Source of the DNA: an uncultured Gemmatimonadales bacterium
Lineage (GTDB): Bacteria > Gemmatimonadota > Gemmatimonadetes > Gemmatimonadales > GWC2-71-9
Direction: 5' to 3'
Assembly: GCA_963812085.1 (NCBI GenBank)
Contig: CAWETL010000009.1
Location: 374,592-438,591, forward strand
DNA: 64,000 nucleotides
Below, piece after piece: positions 1-9,688 of this stretch. Numbering within the stretch: the stretch's first letter is position 1; each line of letters opens with the position of its first letter. A program made the position numbers and the translations under genes. Under the pieces are notes generated by a model. The model saw only the letters and a list, made by a program, of their open reading frames with translations. It ran no database searches and was not told the origin of the DNA.

Positions 1-790
1 CCTCGCGGCCGCCGCCCCGGCCGCGCCGGCCGCGGCCCAGAAGACCCAGGACGAGGCCAGGCTCATGTTCACGGTGGGCCTCACCTACACCGGGGGCAGC
101 GACCTCTGGGCGGTGTCCGGACAGCCGATCCTGCACGCGCCTCCGGGCGTCGGGAGTGACACCGTGGACCTGTCCCGCGCCATCGGCGGGGCGCCGGGCC
201 TGGTGTTCTCGGGGATGTACTTCCCGAAGCCCGCGCTCGGGCTGGTCGGCGAAGCGTACTTCATGGGCATCGGACTCAAGGACCAGTGCCAGCCCGCCTC
301 GCCGTTGCCGACCGAGCGGACGCAGGAAATCTGCAACAGCATCGACGGGGCCTCGAGCCGCTCCTCGGCGGTCCTGCTCTCGGTCGGCGGCGTCGCGCGG
401 ATCGGCGGTAACCAACCCATCTCGCCGTATGCGCGCGCGCAGGTCGGCCTCCTGTTCAGCAACCTGAGCCCGATCGCGATGTCGGGCGCGACGGTGGTGA
501 CCGACTCGCTGGGCAACTCGGAAATCCTCTCCGCGGTGATCTACGAGGACCCGTCCACCACTCGCGTGACGCCGGCCTTCGTCCTCGGCGGCGGATTCAC
601 CGCCGCCCTCGGCAAGGGCTGGCAGCTCCGCACCGAGGTGCGCGACAACATCGTGGAGATCGCCACCGTGGCCGGCCCCACCAGGGCGGGCAACACGAAT
701 CCCGAAATCGTCAACCAGTGGAAGAACCTGTTCAGCATCATGATCGGCGTGGACGTCGTCCTCGAGAAGAAGCGCGGCCATCGCTACTGA
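1..790 (+). CDS. secreted, probably outer-membrane beta-barrel-like protein (5' end outside window)
   Basis: The frame is open from nt 2. In-frame upstream residues LAAAAPAAPAAAQ look like the end of a signal peptide. The sequence is Gly/Ser/Thr-rich with an alternating pattern and an aromatic C-terminus (..GHRY). No family recognised. Confidence 0.4.
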   Translation, partial: LAAAAPAAPAAAQKTQDEARLMFTVGLTYTGGSDLWAVSGQPILHAPPGVGSDTVDLSRAIGGAPGLVFSGMYFPKPALGLVGEAYFMGIGLKDQCQPASPLPTERTQEICNSIDGASSRSSAVLLSVGGVARIGGNQPISPYARAQVGLLFSNLSPIAMSGATVVTDSLGNSEILSAVIYEDPSTTRVTPAFVLGGGFTAALGKGWQLRTEVRDNIVEIATVAGPTRAGNTNPEIVNQWKNLFSIMIGVDVVLEKKRGHRY

Positions 791-794
791 TCCG

Positions 795-1406
795 GTGCGC
801 GGCGCGATCCTGGCGGGCGGCGGGGCCACGCGGTTCGAGGGCCTTCCCAAGGGACTCGAGCGGGTCGGGGGCGTCCGGATCCTCGACCGCCTGGTCGACA
901 CCTTCCAATCCGCCTTCGGTGCCCCACCGCTGCTGGTGGCCAACGACCCTGGCGCCCGAACCTGGCGGACGGACCTGACCGTCCTGCCGGACATCCACCC
1001 CGGCGCCGGCGCCCTCGGCGGCATCCTCACCGCGGTGGCCGCCGGTCCGGCTCCGGTCGTCTGTGTCGCCTGGGACATGCCGTTCGTGCCGCCCGCCCTG
1101 CTCCGCCTCCTGGCGGAGGCCCTGCCGGACGCGGACGCCGTCCTCCCGTCGAGCGGCGGCCGGCGAGGGGTCGAGCCGATGTGCGCCGGATACGGCCCGG
1201 CGTGCCGGGCGCCGATCGAGGCGGCCATCGCCCGCGGCGATCTCCGGGCCATCGCCTTCCACTCCGCCGTGCGAACCTGTATCCTCCCTCCTGAGGCCGT
1301 GGCCGCCTGCGGCGACCCCGCTCTCCTTTTCTTCAACGTGAACACTCCCGACGACCTCAAGCAGGCGGACGCGCTGTGGCGGCGACTCGCATCCTCTCGA
1401 TCGTAG
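795..1406 (+). CDS. mobA: molybdenum cofactor guanylyltransferase MobA
   Basis: N-terminal GAILAGGGATRF..PKGL is the NTP-transferase motif typical of MobA. It is followed by mobB and moeA with overlapping or abutting starts. Confidence 0.8.
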   Translation: MRGAILAGGGATRFEGLPKGLERVGGVRILDRLVDTFQSAFGAPPLLVANDPGARTWRTDLTVLPDIHPGAGALGGILTAVAAGPAPVVCVAWDMPFVPPALLRLLAEALPDADAVLPSSGGRRGVEPMCAGYGPACRAPIEAAIARGDLRAIAFHSAVRTCILPPEAVAACGDPALLFFNVNTPDDLKQADALWRRLASSRS

Positions 1407-1906
1407 GACGCAAGGACACCGGCAAGACCACGCTGACGGTGGCGCTGTCCGCCGAATACGTCCGGCGCGGCAAGCGGGTCATGACCATCAAGCACGCCAG
1501 CCATCCGGCCAACGTGGACACCCCCGGCACCGACAGCTACCGGCACTTCCACGAGGGACGGGCGGAGCGGGTCCTCATCGCCTCGCCCGACATGCGGGTG
1601 CTCTTCGAGCGCTCGCCCGACGACCAGGACCCGGTGGCGCTGGCCCGGCGCTATCTCGACGGCGCGGACATCGTGCTGGTCGAGGGGTTCACCTCCTTTC
1701 CGCTGCCGAAGATCGAGGTCTTCCGGACCTCGGTGGCGAAGGAGCCCCTGTACAACGCGTCGTCGTCCACCGCCGACCAGTGGCTCGCCATCGTGACCGA
1801 CGGGGACCTGCAGGCCGAATGCCGGATTCTCCGCTTCCGGGACACGATGTGGCTGCAGCTGCTCGCCAACATCGGATGGGACGGAGCGCGGGTCATCGGC
1901 CCGTGA
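1376..1906 (+). CDS. mobB: molybdopterin-guanine dinucleotide biosynthesis adapter MobB
   Basis: GTG start and P-loop GRKDTGKTT, with a MobB-like ..MTIKHASH.. segment. The stop overlaps the moeA start (GTGA at 1903-1906). Confidence 0.8.
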   Translation: MAATRILSIVGRKDTGKTTLTVALSAEYVRRGKRVMTIKHASHPANVDTPGTDSYRHFHEGRAERVLIASPDMRVLFERSPDDQDPVALARRYLDGADIVLVEGFTSFPLPKIEVFRTSVAKEPLYNASSSTADQWLAIVTDGDLQAECRILRFRDTMWLQLLANIGWDGARVIGP

Positions 1907-3153
1907 CGGCCCTCGCCGCCCGGGAGGCCGCCCTCCACATCGTGGCCGCGGTGCCGCGCCAGCCGACCCTCCGCATTCCCCTCGACGACGCCCTCGGCAG
2001 CGTGCTCGCCGAGGCGCTCGTGAGTCCCCTCGACCTGCCCGCGTGGACCAACTCGGCGATGGACGGCTATGCCGCACGCGGCGCCGACGTGCGCGGTGCC
2101 TCGCCCGGCGCCCCGGTCCGGCTGCGCGTGGTCGAGCAGATCCCGGCCGGCGCCTTTCCCTCCCGCACCCTCCAGCCCGGCGAGTGCGCACGGATCTTCA
2201 CCGGGGCTCCGCTTCCGACCGGCGCCGACACCGTGATCCGGCAGGAGGACACCGATCTCGGCCGGGACGACGTCGAGATCCGCAGTGACCGCGACGTCGG
2301 GATCAACTTCCGCCTGGCCGGCGAGGACATCCGCCGCGGCGAGACGGTGCTCCGCGCCGGCGCGGAGCTCGGCGCGGCCGAGCTGGGCGTGCTGGCCTCG
2401 CTGGCGGTGGCCCATCCCCTCGTCTTTCGTCGGCCGCGCGTCGGCATCCTCGGCGGCGGGGACGAGATCGTGGACGTGGACCGGCCGGAGGAGATCCTGA
2501 GCGGCCGCAAGGTGGCGAGCTCGAACACCCACACCCTGGGCGCGCTGGTCCGCCTGGCGGGCGGCGAGCCGCTCAACCTGGGCCTGGCCCGCGACACGCC
2601 GGCCAGCGTGCGCGAGCACCTCGCCCGCGCGCCCGAGTGCGACCTGCTCGTGACCTCCGCGGGGATCAGCGTGGGAGAGCATGACCACCTGCGCGACGCG
2701 GTCGAGGCGATGGGCGGACGTCTCGACTTCTGGAAGCTCCGGATGCGGCCCGGCGCGCCGGTGGGCTTCGGCCAGGTCCTCGGCGTGCCGTGGATCGGGC
2801 TCCCCGGCAATCCGGTGAGCGCGATGGTCACCTTCGAGCTCTTCGTCCGGCCGGCCATTCGCGCCATGGCCGGGCACCCACTTCCCTTCCGGCGCACGGC
2901 GCCGGTTCGCACGGCGGAGCACATCATCCTCAAGCCGAAGCTCCAGCATTTCCTGCGTGCGGTCGTGTCCGGAACACCCTCGGGCCCGGAAGCCCGCCTC
3001 ACCGGGCCCCAAGGCTCAGGGATCCTCACCTCGATGGTGCGCGCCAACGCACTGCTGATCATCCCCGAGGGACAGCACGAGACGCCGGCCGGCAGCGTCG
3101 TCCCGGCGCTCCGCCTCGACGATCCGGTCCACACGGCGGAGCCGGGGTTCTAG
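1903..3153 (+). CDS. moeA: molybdopterin molybdenumtransferase MoeA
   Basis: LDDALGSVLAE...WTNSAMDGYA and the full-length layout match MoeA. I chose GTG 1903 (coupled to the mobB stop) over the ORF-track start 1780, whose N-terminus is Arg/Pro-rich out-of-context sequence. Confidence 0.85.
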   Translation: MTALAAREAALHIVAAVPRQPTLRIPLDDALGSVLAEALVSPLDLPAWTNSAMDGYAARGADVRGASPGAPVRLRVVEQIPAGAFPSRTLQPGECARIFTGAPLPTGADTVIRQEDTDLGRDDVEIRSDRDVGINFRLAGEDIRRGETVLRAGAELGAAELGVLASLAVAHPLVFRRPRVGILGGGDEIVDVDRPEEILSGRKVASSNTHTLGALVRLAGGEPLNLGLARDTPASVREHLARAPECDLLVTSAGISVGEHDHLRDAVEAMGGRLDFWKLRMRPGAPVGFGQVLGVPWIGLPGNPVSAMVTFELFVRPAIRAMAGHPLPFRRTAPVRTAEHIILKPKLQHFLRAVVSGTPSGPEARLTGPQGSGILTSMVRANALLIIPEGQHETPAGSVVPALRLDDPVHTAEPGF

Positions 3154-4086
3154 ATGGGAGTCCATCCTCCGGCGGTCTGGTTGGGATTCAGCATCCTGGT
3201 CTTCGCGTTGCTGGTCCTCGACCTGGGCGTGCTCAATCGCGAGTCCCACGTCCTCTCGATCCGGGAAGCCCTGGGCTGGAGCGGCGGGCTGGTGACCCTG
3301 GCGCTGCTCTTCGGCGGCTTCCTCTGGTACCGCGAGGGAGCCGCCCACGCGCTGGAGTACTACACCGGCTACGTGATCGAGCTCTCGCTCAGCGTGGACA
3401 ACCTCTTCGTCTTCCTGCTCATCTTCCAGTACTTCGCGGTGCCGGCCGAGCTCCAGCCCCGCATCCTGAAATGGGGCATCCTCGGCGCGCTGGTGATGCG
3501 CGCCATCATGATCGCGCTTGGCGCGCTGCTGCTCGCGCGGTTCAGCTGGATCATCTACGTCTTCGGCGGCATCCTGATCCTCACCGGCGTCCGGATGTTC
3601 CGCGGCGGCGCCGACCGCATCGAGCCGGAGCGCAACCCGCTGGTCCGCCTGGTGCGCCGGTTCGTCCCGATGGTCGAGGCCTACGACGGGCAGCGGTTCG
3701 TGACCCGGACCGTGAAGGGCTGGATGATCACGCCCCTGCTGCTGGTCCTCCTGGTCGTGGAGTGGTCGGACCTCGTCTTCGCCATCGACAGCATCCCCGC
3801 CATCTTCGCCATCACGCGCGACCCGTTCATCGTCTACAGCTCGAACGTCTTCGCCATCCTCGGGCTCCGGGCCCTGTTCTTCGTGCTGGCCGGGATGATG
3901 GACCGCTTCGAGTACCTGAAGCCCGGCGTGGCGCTGATCCTCGTGTTCGTCGGCACCAAGATGGTCCTGAACGGCGTCTTCCACGTGCCGATCGCGGGCT
4001 CGCTCATCGTCATCCTGTCGGTCCTGGTCGGCTCGGTGCTCCTCTCCATGCGCAAGGCCCGCTCCTCCGGCAGGACGGCCCCGTGA
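3154..4086 (+). CDS. TerC/Alx family integral membrane protein
   Basis: Multi-TM profile with YTGYVIELSLSVDNLFVF, the conserved TerC-family motif. The ATG directly abuts the moeA stop. Confidence 0.8.
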   Translation: MGVHPPAVWLGFSILVFALLVLDLGVLNRESHVLSIREALGWSGGLVTLALLFGGFLWYREGAAHALEYYTGYVIELSLSVDNLFVFLLIFQYFAVPAELQPRILKWGILGALVMRAIMIALGALLLARFSWIIYVFGGILILTGVRMFRGGADRIEPERNPLVRLVRRFVPMVEAYDGQRFVTRTVKGWMITPLLLVLLVVEWSDLVFAIDSIPAIFAITRDPFIVYSSNVFAILGLRALFFVLAGMMDRFEYLKPGVALILVFVGTKMVLNGVFHVPIAGSLIVILSVLVGSVLLSMRKARSSGRTAP

Positions 4087-4874
4087 GGCACGTCTTCGAG
4101 GGCACCACCGTGCTGATCACCGGCGCGTCGAGCGGCATCGGCTCCGCGTTCGCCGATCAGCTGGCAACCAGCGGCGCACGCCTGATCCTGACGGCGCGCC
4201 ACCCCGACCGGCTGGCGGCGGTGGCCGCGCGGGTGCGCGCGACGGGTGCGAGCGTCGACACCGTCCGGCTCGACCTGACCTCGCCGGGCGCCGTGGCGGC
4301 GCTGCTCCGGGACTTCGAGACACGCCAGGTGACGGTGGACCACCTGGTCAACAATGCGGGCATCGGCGTCCGCGGCCAGGGGGTGGACGTCCCCGCGGAG
4401 CACCAGCTTCGCGTGGTGGACCTGAATGTCCGCGCCGCGACCGAATTGGCGCTCCGGCTGCTGCCCGGGATGGTGGCCAGGGGGCGGGGGGGCGTGCTGA
4501 ACGTGGCCAGCACCGCGGCGTTCCAGGGCCTGCCCTGGCTGTCGGTGTACGGCGGCAGCAAGGCCTACGTGCTCGGCTGGAGCGAGGCGCTGCACGTGGA
4601 ACTCCGCGGCACGGGCGTGCGGTGCTGCTGCCTCTGCCCCGGTCCCGTGGCTACCGGGTGGTTCGCCGCCGCCGGCATGGGCACCCCGACGCGCATGATC
4701 GTGCAGACCGCCGACGAGGTGGCCCGCGCCGGCCTGCGCGGCTACGTCCGCGACAAGAGCCACGTCATTTCCGGCCCACTCTCCCGCACCGGGGCGTGGC
4801 TCACCCGCCTGGTGCCGCGGGCGGTGGCGGCCCGCCTCGCCACCGGGTTCGCGAAACCGCGACGCGACCAGTGA
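4083..4874 (+). CDS. short-chain dehydrogenase/reductase (SDR)
   Basis: Motifs TGASSGIGSAF (TGxxxGxG), NNAG and YGGSKAY (YxxxK). GTG 4083 overlaps the TerC stop (GTGA). The rest of ORF 2790..4874 is a shadow frame. Confidence 0.8.
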   Translation: MRHVFEGTTVLITGASSGIGSAFADQLATSGARLILTARHPDRLAAVAARVRATGASVDTVRLDLTSPGAVAALLRDFETRQVTVDHLVNNAGIGVRGQGVDVPAEHQLRVVDLNVRAATELALRLLPGMVARGRGGVLNVASTAAFQGLPWLSVYGGSKAYVLGWSEALHVELRGTGVRCCCLCPGPVATGWFAAAGMGTPTRMIVQTADEVARAGLRGYVRDKSHVISGPLSRTGAWLTRLVPRAVAARLATGFAKPRRDQ

Positions 4875-6220
4875 CGGGAGCCCTCGGCCGCCTCGCGGCC
4901 AGGCTGCACCTCGACCGTCCGGCCATTCGGGCCTGGATGCTCTACGACTGGGCCAACTCGGCGATGTACGTCGTGATCGTCACGGCCATCTTCCCCACCT
5001 ACTTCAGTTCGGTGGCCGCAGCGGGGCTTCCCCCGGTGGAGGCGACCTACCGCTACAGCCTGGCCACCACGCTCGGCCTCACGATCATCGCGCTGCTCTC
5101 CCCGCTGCTGGGCGCGATCGCCGACCACTCCGCGGCCAAGAAGCGGCTGCTGGGCGCCTTCCTGCTGCTCGGGGCCGCCGCCGTCGCCGCGATGTACTTC
5201 ATCGAGCGGGGAGAGTGGGTCTTTGCCGCGGGCCTCTTCATCGTGGCCAACATCGGCGTGAACGGCAGCTTCGTGTTCTACGACTCGCTGCTCCCGCACG
5301 TCGCCGGTCCCGACGAAATGGACCAGGTCTCCACCGCCGGCTACGCCCTCGGCTATCTCGGCGGCGGGCTCTTCCTCGTCGCGTGCCTCGGGATCATCCT
5401 GGCCCCCGGTGCCTTCGGCCTCCCGCACGGCGCGGGCCTCACCCCCGCGCAGGCGACCCTCCCGACCCGCATCACCTTCCTGCTCACCGCGCTCTGGTGG
5501 ATGGGCTTCAGCGTCCCGCTCTTCCGCCGCGTGCCGGAACCGCCCGGCCGCTCCCTCGACGCCGAGGAGGCGCGGCTCGGCGCCATTCGCGCGTCCTTCT
5601 TCCGCCTGGGGCAGACCTTCCGGAAGCTCCGCGGCTACCGGCAGGCGTTCCTCCTGTTGCTCGCGTTCCTGATCTACAATGACGGCGTTGGCACCATCAT
5701 CCGGATGGCCGCCATCTACGGCGAGGAGATCGGCATCGGGCGGACGACGATGATCGCCGCGATCGCCCTGGTGCAGTTCGTGGGCGTGCCGTTCGCCTAC
5801 CTCTTCGGCGGGCTCGCGAAGAAATTCGGCACCCGGCCGGCCATCTTCGTGGGACTCGTCACCTACGTGGGAATCAGCGCGCTGGGGTTCTACATGCGCT
5901 CGGACAGGGACTTCATCGTCCTCGCCGTGCTGGTCGGGATGGTGCAGGGCGGCGTGCAGGCGCTGAGCCGTTCGCTCTTCGCGAGCATGGTGCCGCGGCA
6001 CCTGTCGGGGGAGTTCTTCGGGTTTTTCGCGGTCTTCGAGAAGTTCGCGGGGATCCTGGGGCCGGCGCTGTTCTCGCTCGCCATCGCGATGACGGGCTCG
6101 AGCCGGATGGCGCTGCTGTCGGTGGTGGGCTTCTTCGTGGTGGGCGGGGTGCTGCTGGCGGGAGTGAACGTGGCCGAGGGGCAGCGGATCGCGCGGGAGG
6201 AGGAACTCGCCGCCGCCTAG
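4871..6220 (+). CDS. MFS transporter, UMF1/Atg22-like family
   Basis: About 12 hydrophobic segments. The N-terminal WMLYDWANSAMY motif is one I associate with UMF1-type MFS proteins. GTG 4871 overlaps the SDR stop. Confidence 0.7.
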   Translation: MTGALGRLAARLHLDRPAIRAWMLYDWANSAMYVVIVTAIFPTYFSSVAAAGLPPVEATYRYSLATTLGLTIIALLSPLLGAIADHSAAKKRLLGAFLLLGAAAVAAMYFIERGEWVFAAGLFIVANIGVNGSFVFYDSLLPHVAGPDEMDQVSTAGYALGYLGGGLFLVACLGIILAPGAFGLPHGAGLTPAQATLPTRITFLLTALWWMGFSVPLFRRVPEPPGRSLDAEEARLGAIRASFFRLGQTFRKLRGYRQAFLLLLAFLIYNDGVGTIIRMAAIYGEEIGIGRTTMIAAIALVQFVGVPFAYLFGGLAKKFGTRPAIFVGLVTYVGISALGFYMRSDRDFIVLAVLVGMVQGGVQALSRSLFASMVPRHLSGEFFGFFAVFEKFAGILGPALFSLAIAMTGSSRMALLSVVGFFVVGGVLLAGVNVAEGQRIAREEELAAA

Positions 6221-7392
6221 GTGTGCCAGCCCACGACCCGGTTGCGGCCGCCGTCCTTCGCCTCGAAGAGCCGCTTGTCGGCGACGTCGAGCAGCTCCGA
6301 CGGATCGGTGCCGTCGTCCGGCAGGCAGGCCAGCCCCACGCTGATCGTGAACTGGGCGGTGAGGTCGTTGCGCGGGATGGGGAACTCCGCCCGGGCCACC
6401 GCCAGCCGCAGCTCCTCCAGCTTCTCGAACGCCGCCCGCGCCGTGGTCTCCGGCAGCAGCACCACGAACTCCTCCCCGCCATACCGCGCCACCGTGTCGC
6501 TGCTGCGGAGCCCCTTCGTCAGGATCTCCGCCAGCACGCGGAGGGCCACGTCGCCGCTGGCGTGTCCGTACCGGTCGTTGAAGTTCTTGAAGCGGTCCAC
6601 GTCGAGGACCGCGATGGCCAGCTGGTGCCCGTGGCGCCGCGCGCGGCTCACCTCGGCCAGGAAGCGGGACTCGAAGTATCCCCGGTTGAGCAGGCCCGTC
6701 AGGCGGTCCCGGGCGGAGAGCCGGCGAAGGCGGCGGGAGCGGACGACGATTGCGGTGCTCAGGAAGCCGGAGGCGGCGAGCAGGATGAGGCGGCCCACCT
6801 GGTCGCCCCAGCTCACCATGCCGTAGGTGAACGGCGCGTACCGGAGGTCGTTCAGGTCCCAGAAGGTTCCCGCGGCGATCAGCACGCAGCCGTACTGCAC
6901 CACGGCGAGCGCGCCGGCCACCGCGCTGATCCGCGCGTCGTAGCGCAGGCTGCTGGCGCCGATGGAAAAGAAGTACACGCAGAACATGATCCGGCTGTTG
7001 ACCGCCACGTGCGGCGTGTCGAGCAGCAGGAACGACACCAGCGTCGCCGTGACGATCGAGACGTCCACGGCGCTGGTGAGGAACCCCAGCCAGGGGCGGT
7101 AGAACCCTCGGCGCACCACGATCCAGACCGCGAGGCCAAAGAGCAGCGCGACAGTCGAGGCCGCGAGGCCGACGTAGGTCTCGACCAGGTAGGGCGCGGT
7201 GAACAGGTTCACGATGGGGATCATCGTGACCGCGATGATGAGCACGAGCCGGACCTGGGCGACGAGCAGTTCGCCACCCGCCCCCGCGTCCATCAGCATC
7301 GGATCGGGGGGATCCCACAGCCCCTCGTCGTCCGAGTCGGGGACGAATTCCGGCGCGGCGAGTCTCGGGAGGCCGTGCTTGCGCGGCGTCAT
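6217..7392 (-). CDS. membrane-anchored diguanylate cyclase (GGDEF)
   Basis: About 6 N-terminal TM helices, then DRLTGLLNR...LDVDRFKNFNDRYGHASGD...RSSDTVARYGGEEF (GGEEF active site with an RxxD I-site). Confidence 0.85.
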   Translation of the reverse strand: MTPRKHGLPRLAAPEFVPDSDDEGLWDPPDPMLMDAGAGGELLVAQVRLVLIIAVTMIPIVNLFTAPYLVETYVGLAASTVALLFGLAVWIVVRRGFYRPWLGFLTSAVDVSIVTATLVSFLLLDTPHVAVNSRIMFCVYFFSIGASSLRYDARISAVAGALAVVQYGCVLIAAGTFWDLNDLRYAPFTYGMVSWGDQVGRLILLAASGFLSTAIVVRSRRLRRLSARDRLTGLLNRGYFESRFLAEVSRARRHGHQLAIAVLDVDRFKNFNDRYGHASGDVALRVLAEILTKGLRSSDTVARYGGEEFVVLLPETTARAAFEKLEELRLAVARAEFPIPRNDLTAQFTISVGLACLPDDGTDPSELLDVADKRLFEAKDGGRNRVVGWHT

Positions 7393-7395
7393 CGG

Positions 7396-9051
7396 CTACA
7401 TCGCCCGGTATCGAGGACCGCTGCCACCCTCGCGGGGCGTCCAGCGGGGGCCCAGGACGTCGGTGGCCTTGCAGTCCACGCAGTTGGGCGGGTTGACGCG
7501 GAGCTCGTCGCCCACCCGCTCATACACGCCGGCCGGGCAGAGGTGGGCATAGAAATCGGCGACCTCGCCGCTGATGTCCCGCCCGACGAGCAGGTGACTC
7601 GGGATGGTGTCGCGGGTGGCGTTGCCGGACTTGAAGACTGCGTCGAGCTTGCTGAAGGTCAGCACGCCGTCGGGCGTCACGGCCGTTTCCGGGCCCGCAC
7701 TGCGCGGCGCTTCGGCATCGGCGTGCATCGGGATGCGCCCGCCGGGGAACCGTCCGCCGGTCAGCGTCATCAATCCCGCCTTGGCCGCCCCGACCATGAA
7801 CCCGTCCTTGAAGGCCAGCCGCATGTTCCGCGTCCGGTACAGGTCGTCGCGGATGTAGCTCCCCTCGACCATCCGGTCGTACTCGGCCAGCGCAGCCGAG
7901 GAGGTGTCGCCCCGCTTGAGCGCGGCGAAGATGGCTCGGGCGGCGTAGATGCCCGACTGCATCGCGTAATGGACGCCCTTGAGGGAGGGCACGTCGACGA
8001 ACCCGGCGGTGTCGCCGACGAGCAGGAGTCCGTCGCCGGTGCGGCGAGAAGGCAGTGCGTGGTAGCCGCCCTCGGGGATCGTCTTGGCGCCCCACTCGAG
8101 GAGTTCGCCGCCGGAGAGGATGTCGCGGAAGAGGGGGTGGAGCTTCATGCGCTGCAGGAGCGCGTGGACGTCGAGGTTCGCGTTGCCGTAGTCGAGGCCG
8201 ACCACCAGTCCGAGCGACACCTGGTCGGGGCCGTGGGGATAGCACCAGCTGCCGCCGAAGGCGTCGGAGGGGAGCGGCCAGCCCATCGTGTGGATCACGC
8301 GATCGAGCGGCCGGGCCACCTTCCAGAGTTCCTTGACGCCAAGCGCGAAGATCTGCGGGTTGGCGGACGAAACGCCCTGCCACTGGCACCAAGCCTGGGC
8401 GAGGGTGCCGCGGGTGCCCTCCGAGAGCACGGTGACCCGCGCGGTGAGGTCGGTGGGCGGCACGAGGTCCGCGCCGGCGTGTCCATCACGGTCGAGCCCG
8501 CTGGGCGTCGTCCGGACGCCGCGCACCGCCTGGCCCTCGACGAGGAGCGAGTCCACCGGGAAGCCGGTGAACACGTTCACCCCGAGTTCCTCCGCCTTGC
8601 CGCCGAGCCACCGCACCATCTCCGAGATCGAGGCGGAGTAGTTGCCGGTGTTGTGCATCGTGGGAGGCGTGGGGATGCGCCGGGCGGCGCCCTCGGTCAT
8701 GAAGTACACCGCTTCCGCGTCCACCCGCTGGCGGAAGGGGAAGTCGGAGTCGCCGAGTTCGGGAAAGAGTTCGCGGAAGGCGCGCGGATTGACGACCGCG
8801 CCGGACAGGTTGTGCTCGCCGAGGCCCGAGGCCTTTTCCAGCACGCCGACATTGAGTTCGCCGAGCCCGCCGCCCGCCGCCTGCTCGGCCTTGGCCAGCC
8901 GCGCGAGCTCGATCGCGCCCGCGAGGCCGGCCGGTCCGGCCCCGACGAACAGCACGTCCATCTCGATCGCTTCGGCGCCGGGGGATTCCGCCAGGATGAG
9001 CTTGTCGAGCGGCAGCTCACGCTGATGACGGATCGGCAGGATGGAAGGCAA
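7396..9051 (-). CDS. electron-transfer flavoprotein:ubiquinone oxidoreductase (ETF-QO)
   Basis: FAD motif DVLFVGAGPAGLAGA, full-length ETF-QO-like sequence, and a C-terminal Cys cluster (..HLCPAGVY...PPNCVDCKATD). Confidence 0.9.
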   Translation of the reverse strand: MPSILPIRHQRELPLDKLILAESPGAEAIEMDVLFVGAGPAGLAGAIELARLAKAEQAAGGGLGELNVGVLEKASGLGEHNLSGAVVNPRAFRELFPELGDSDFPFRQRVDAEAVYFMTEGAARRIPTPPTMHNTGNYSASISEMVRWLGGKAEELGVNVFTGFPVDSLLVEGQAVRGVRTTPSGLDRDGHAGADLVPPTDLTARVTVLSEGTRGTLAQAWCQWQGVSSANPQIFALGVKELWKVARPLDRVIHTMGWPLPSDAFGGSWCYPHGPDQVSLGLVVGLDYGNANLDVHALLQRMKLHPLFRDILSGGELLEWGAKTIPEGGYHALPSRRTGDGLLLVGDTAGFVDVPSLKGVHYAMQSGIYAARAIFAALKRGDTSSAALAEYDRMVEGSYIRDDLYRTRNMRLAFKDGFMVGAAKAGLMTLTGGRFPGGRIPMHADAEAPRSAGPETAVTPDGVLTFSKLDAVFKSGNATRDTIPSHLLVGRDISGEVADFYAHLCPAGVYERVGDELRVNPPNCVDCKATDVLGPRWTPREGGSGPRYRAM

Positions 9052-9194
9052 GGCGGGGGCTCCTTAGATTCCGGTCACTGAGAGCGGCGACGGTAATATA
9101 ACGCGACGCGGAGCAGGCCGCGAACCAATTCACCGCCATAAGCCGTTCCTCGCCAACGGTTTCCACAGCACAACCCAGGCCAGAAAGGTGCTTA

Positions 9195-9674
9195 ATGACT
9201 CGACGCACCGCCGTTCGTGACCCGTGGGTGTGGGGGCAGGTCGCCTTGGCCGCCGCGATCATCGTCGCGGTGCCCTGCGCGGCGAGACGGTGGGGCATGC
9301 TCGACCACTCGGGAAACGCGCTCCGGCTGGGGATGGCGCTCATGGCCCTCGGCCTCGCCACGCTCCTCGCCGGCATCGTGACGCTCGGCAAGAACCTGAC
9401 CCCGGCCACCGAACCGCTCCCCGGCGGCCAGCTCGTGACCCGCGGGATTTATCGCGTGGTGCGGCATCCGATCTATCTCGGGGTTTCGACTCTCCTGACC
9501 GGGTACGGGTGCTTTCGCGGTGGGTGGATCGCCGGCGCCGTCGTGTTCGTGGTGACGGTCGCCTATTTCGATCGGAAGGCCCGCGTGGAGGAGCGCTTCC
9601 TGGTCCAGCGGATGACGGGCTACGAGGAGTATCGTCGGCGGGTGCCGCGGATTCTGCCCGGAGGGTGGCACTAG
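9195..9674 (+). CDS. isoprenylcysteine carboxyl / phospholipid methyltransferase family membrane protein
   Basis: Four hydrophobic helices and TRGIYRVVRHPIYLG (RHPxY motif of the ICMT/PEMT family). Confidence 0.65.
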   Translation: MTRRTAVRDPWVWGQVALAAAIIVAVPCAARRWGMLDHSGNALRLGMALMALGLATLLAGIVTLGKNLTPATEPLPGGQLVTRGIYRVVRHPIYLGVSTLLTGYGCFRGGWIAGAVVFVVTVAYFDRKARVEERFLVQRMTGYEEYRRRVPRILPGGWH

Positions 9675-9688
9675 GGATGATCGGGCAG

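Noticed and set aside
6217-6220. Convergent genes sharing a CTAG in which both stop codons overlap (also at 23816-23819).
   Set aside because: It is real in the sequence, but most simply a by-product of genome compaction. Two cases are not enough to argue for function.
4742-7318. 858-aa minus-strand ORF, plus similar giants at 6223..9081(+), 17573..20824(-), 19294..21594(+), 58587..61328(+), 26481..28898(+) and 10741..12684(+).
   Set aside because: They lie antisense or out of frame to genes with clear family motifs. Their translations are Arg/Pro/Gly/Ala/His-rich low-complexity sequence with no motifs. These are typical shadow ORFs of very GC-rich DNA, where stop codons are rare in all frames.
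9052-9194. Possible small RNA or tRNA in the intergenic regions 9052-9194, 17577-17736 and 61275-61392.
   Set aside because: No tRNA-like T-arm (GGTTCGA-type) or acceptor pairing is visible, and no conserved structure stands out. These are most likely plain promoter or 5' UTR regions.
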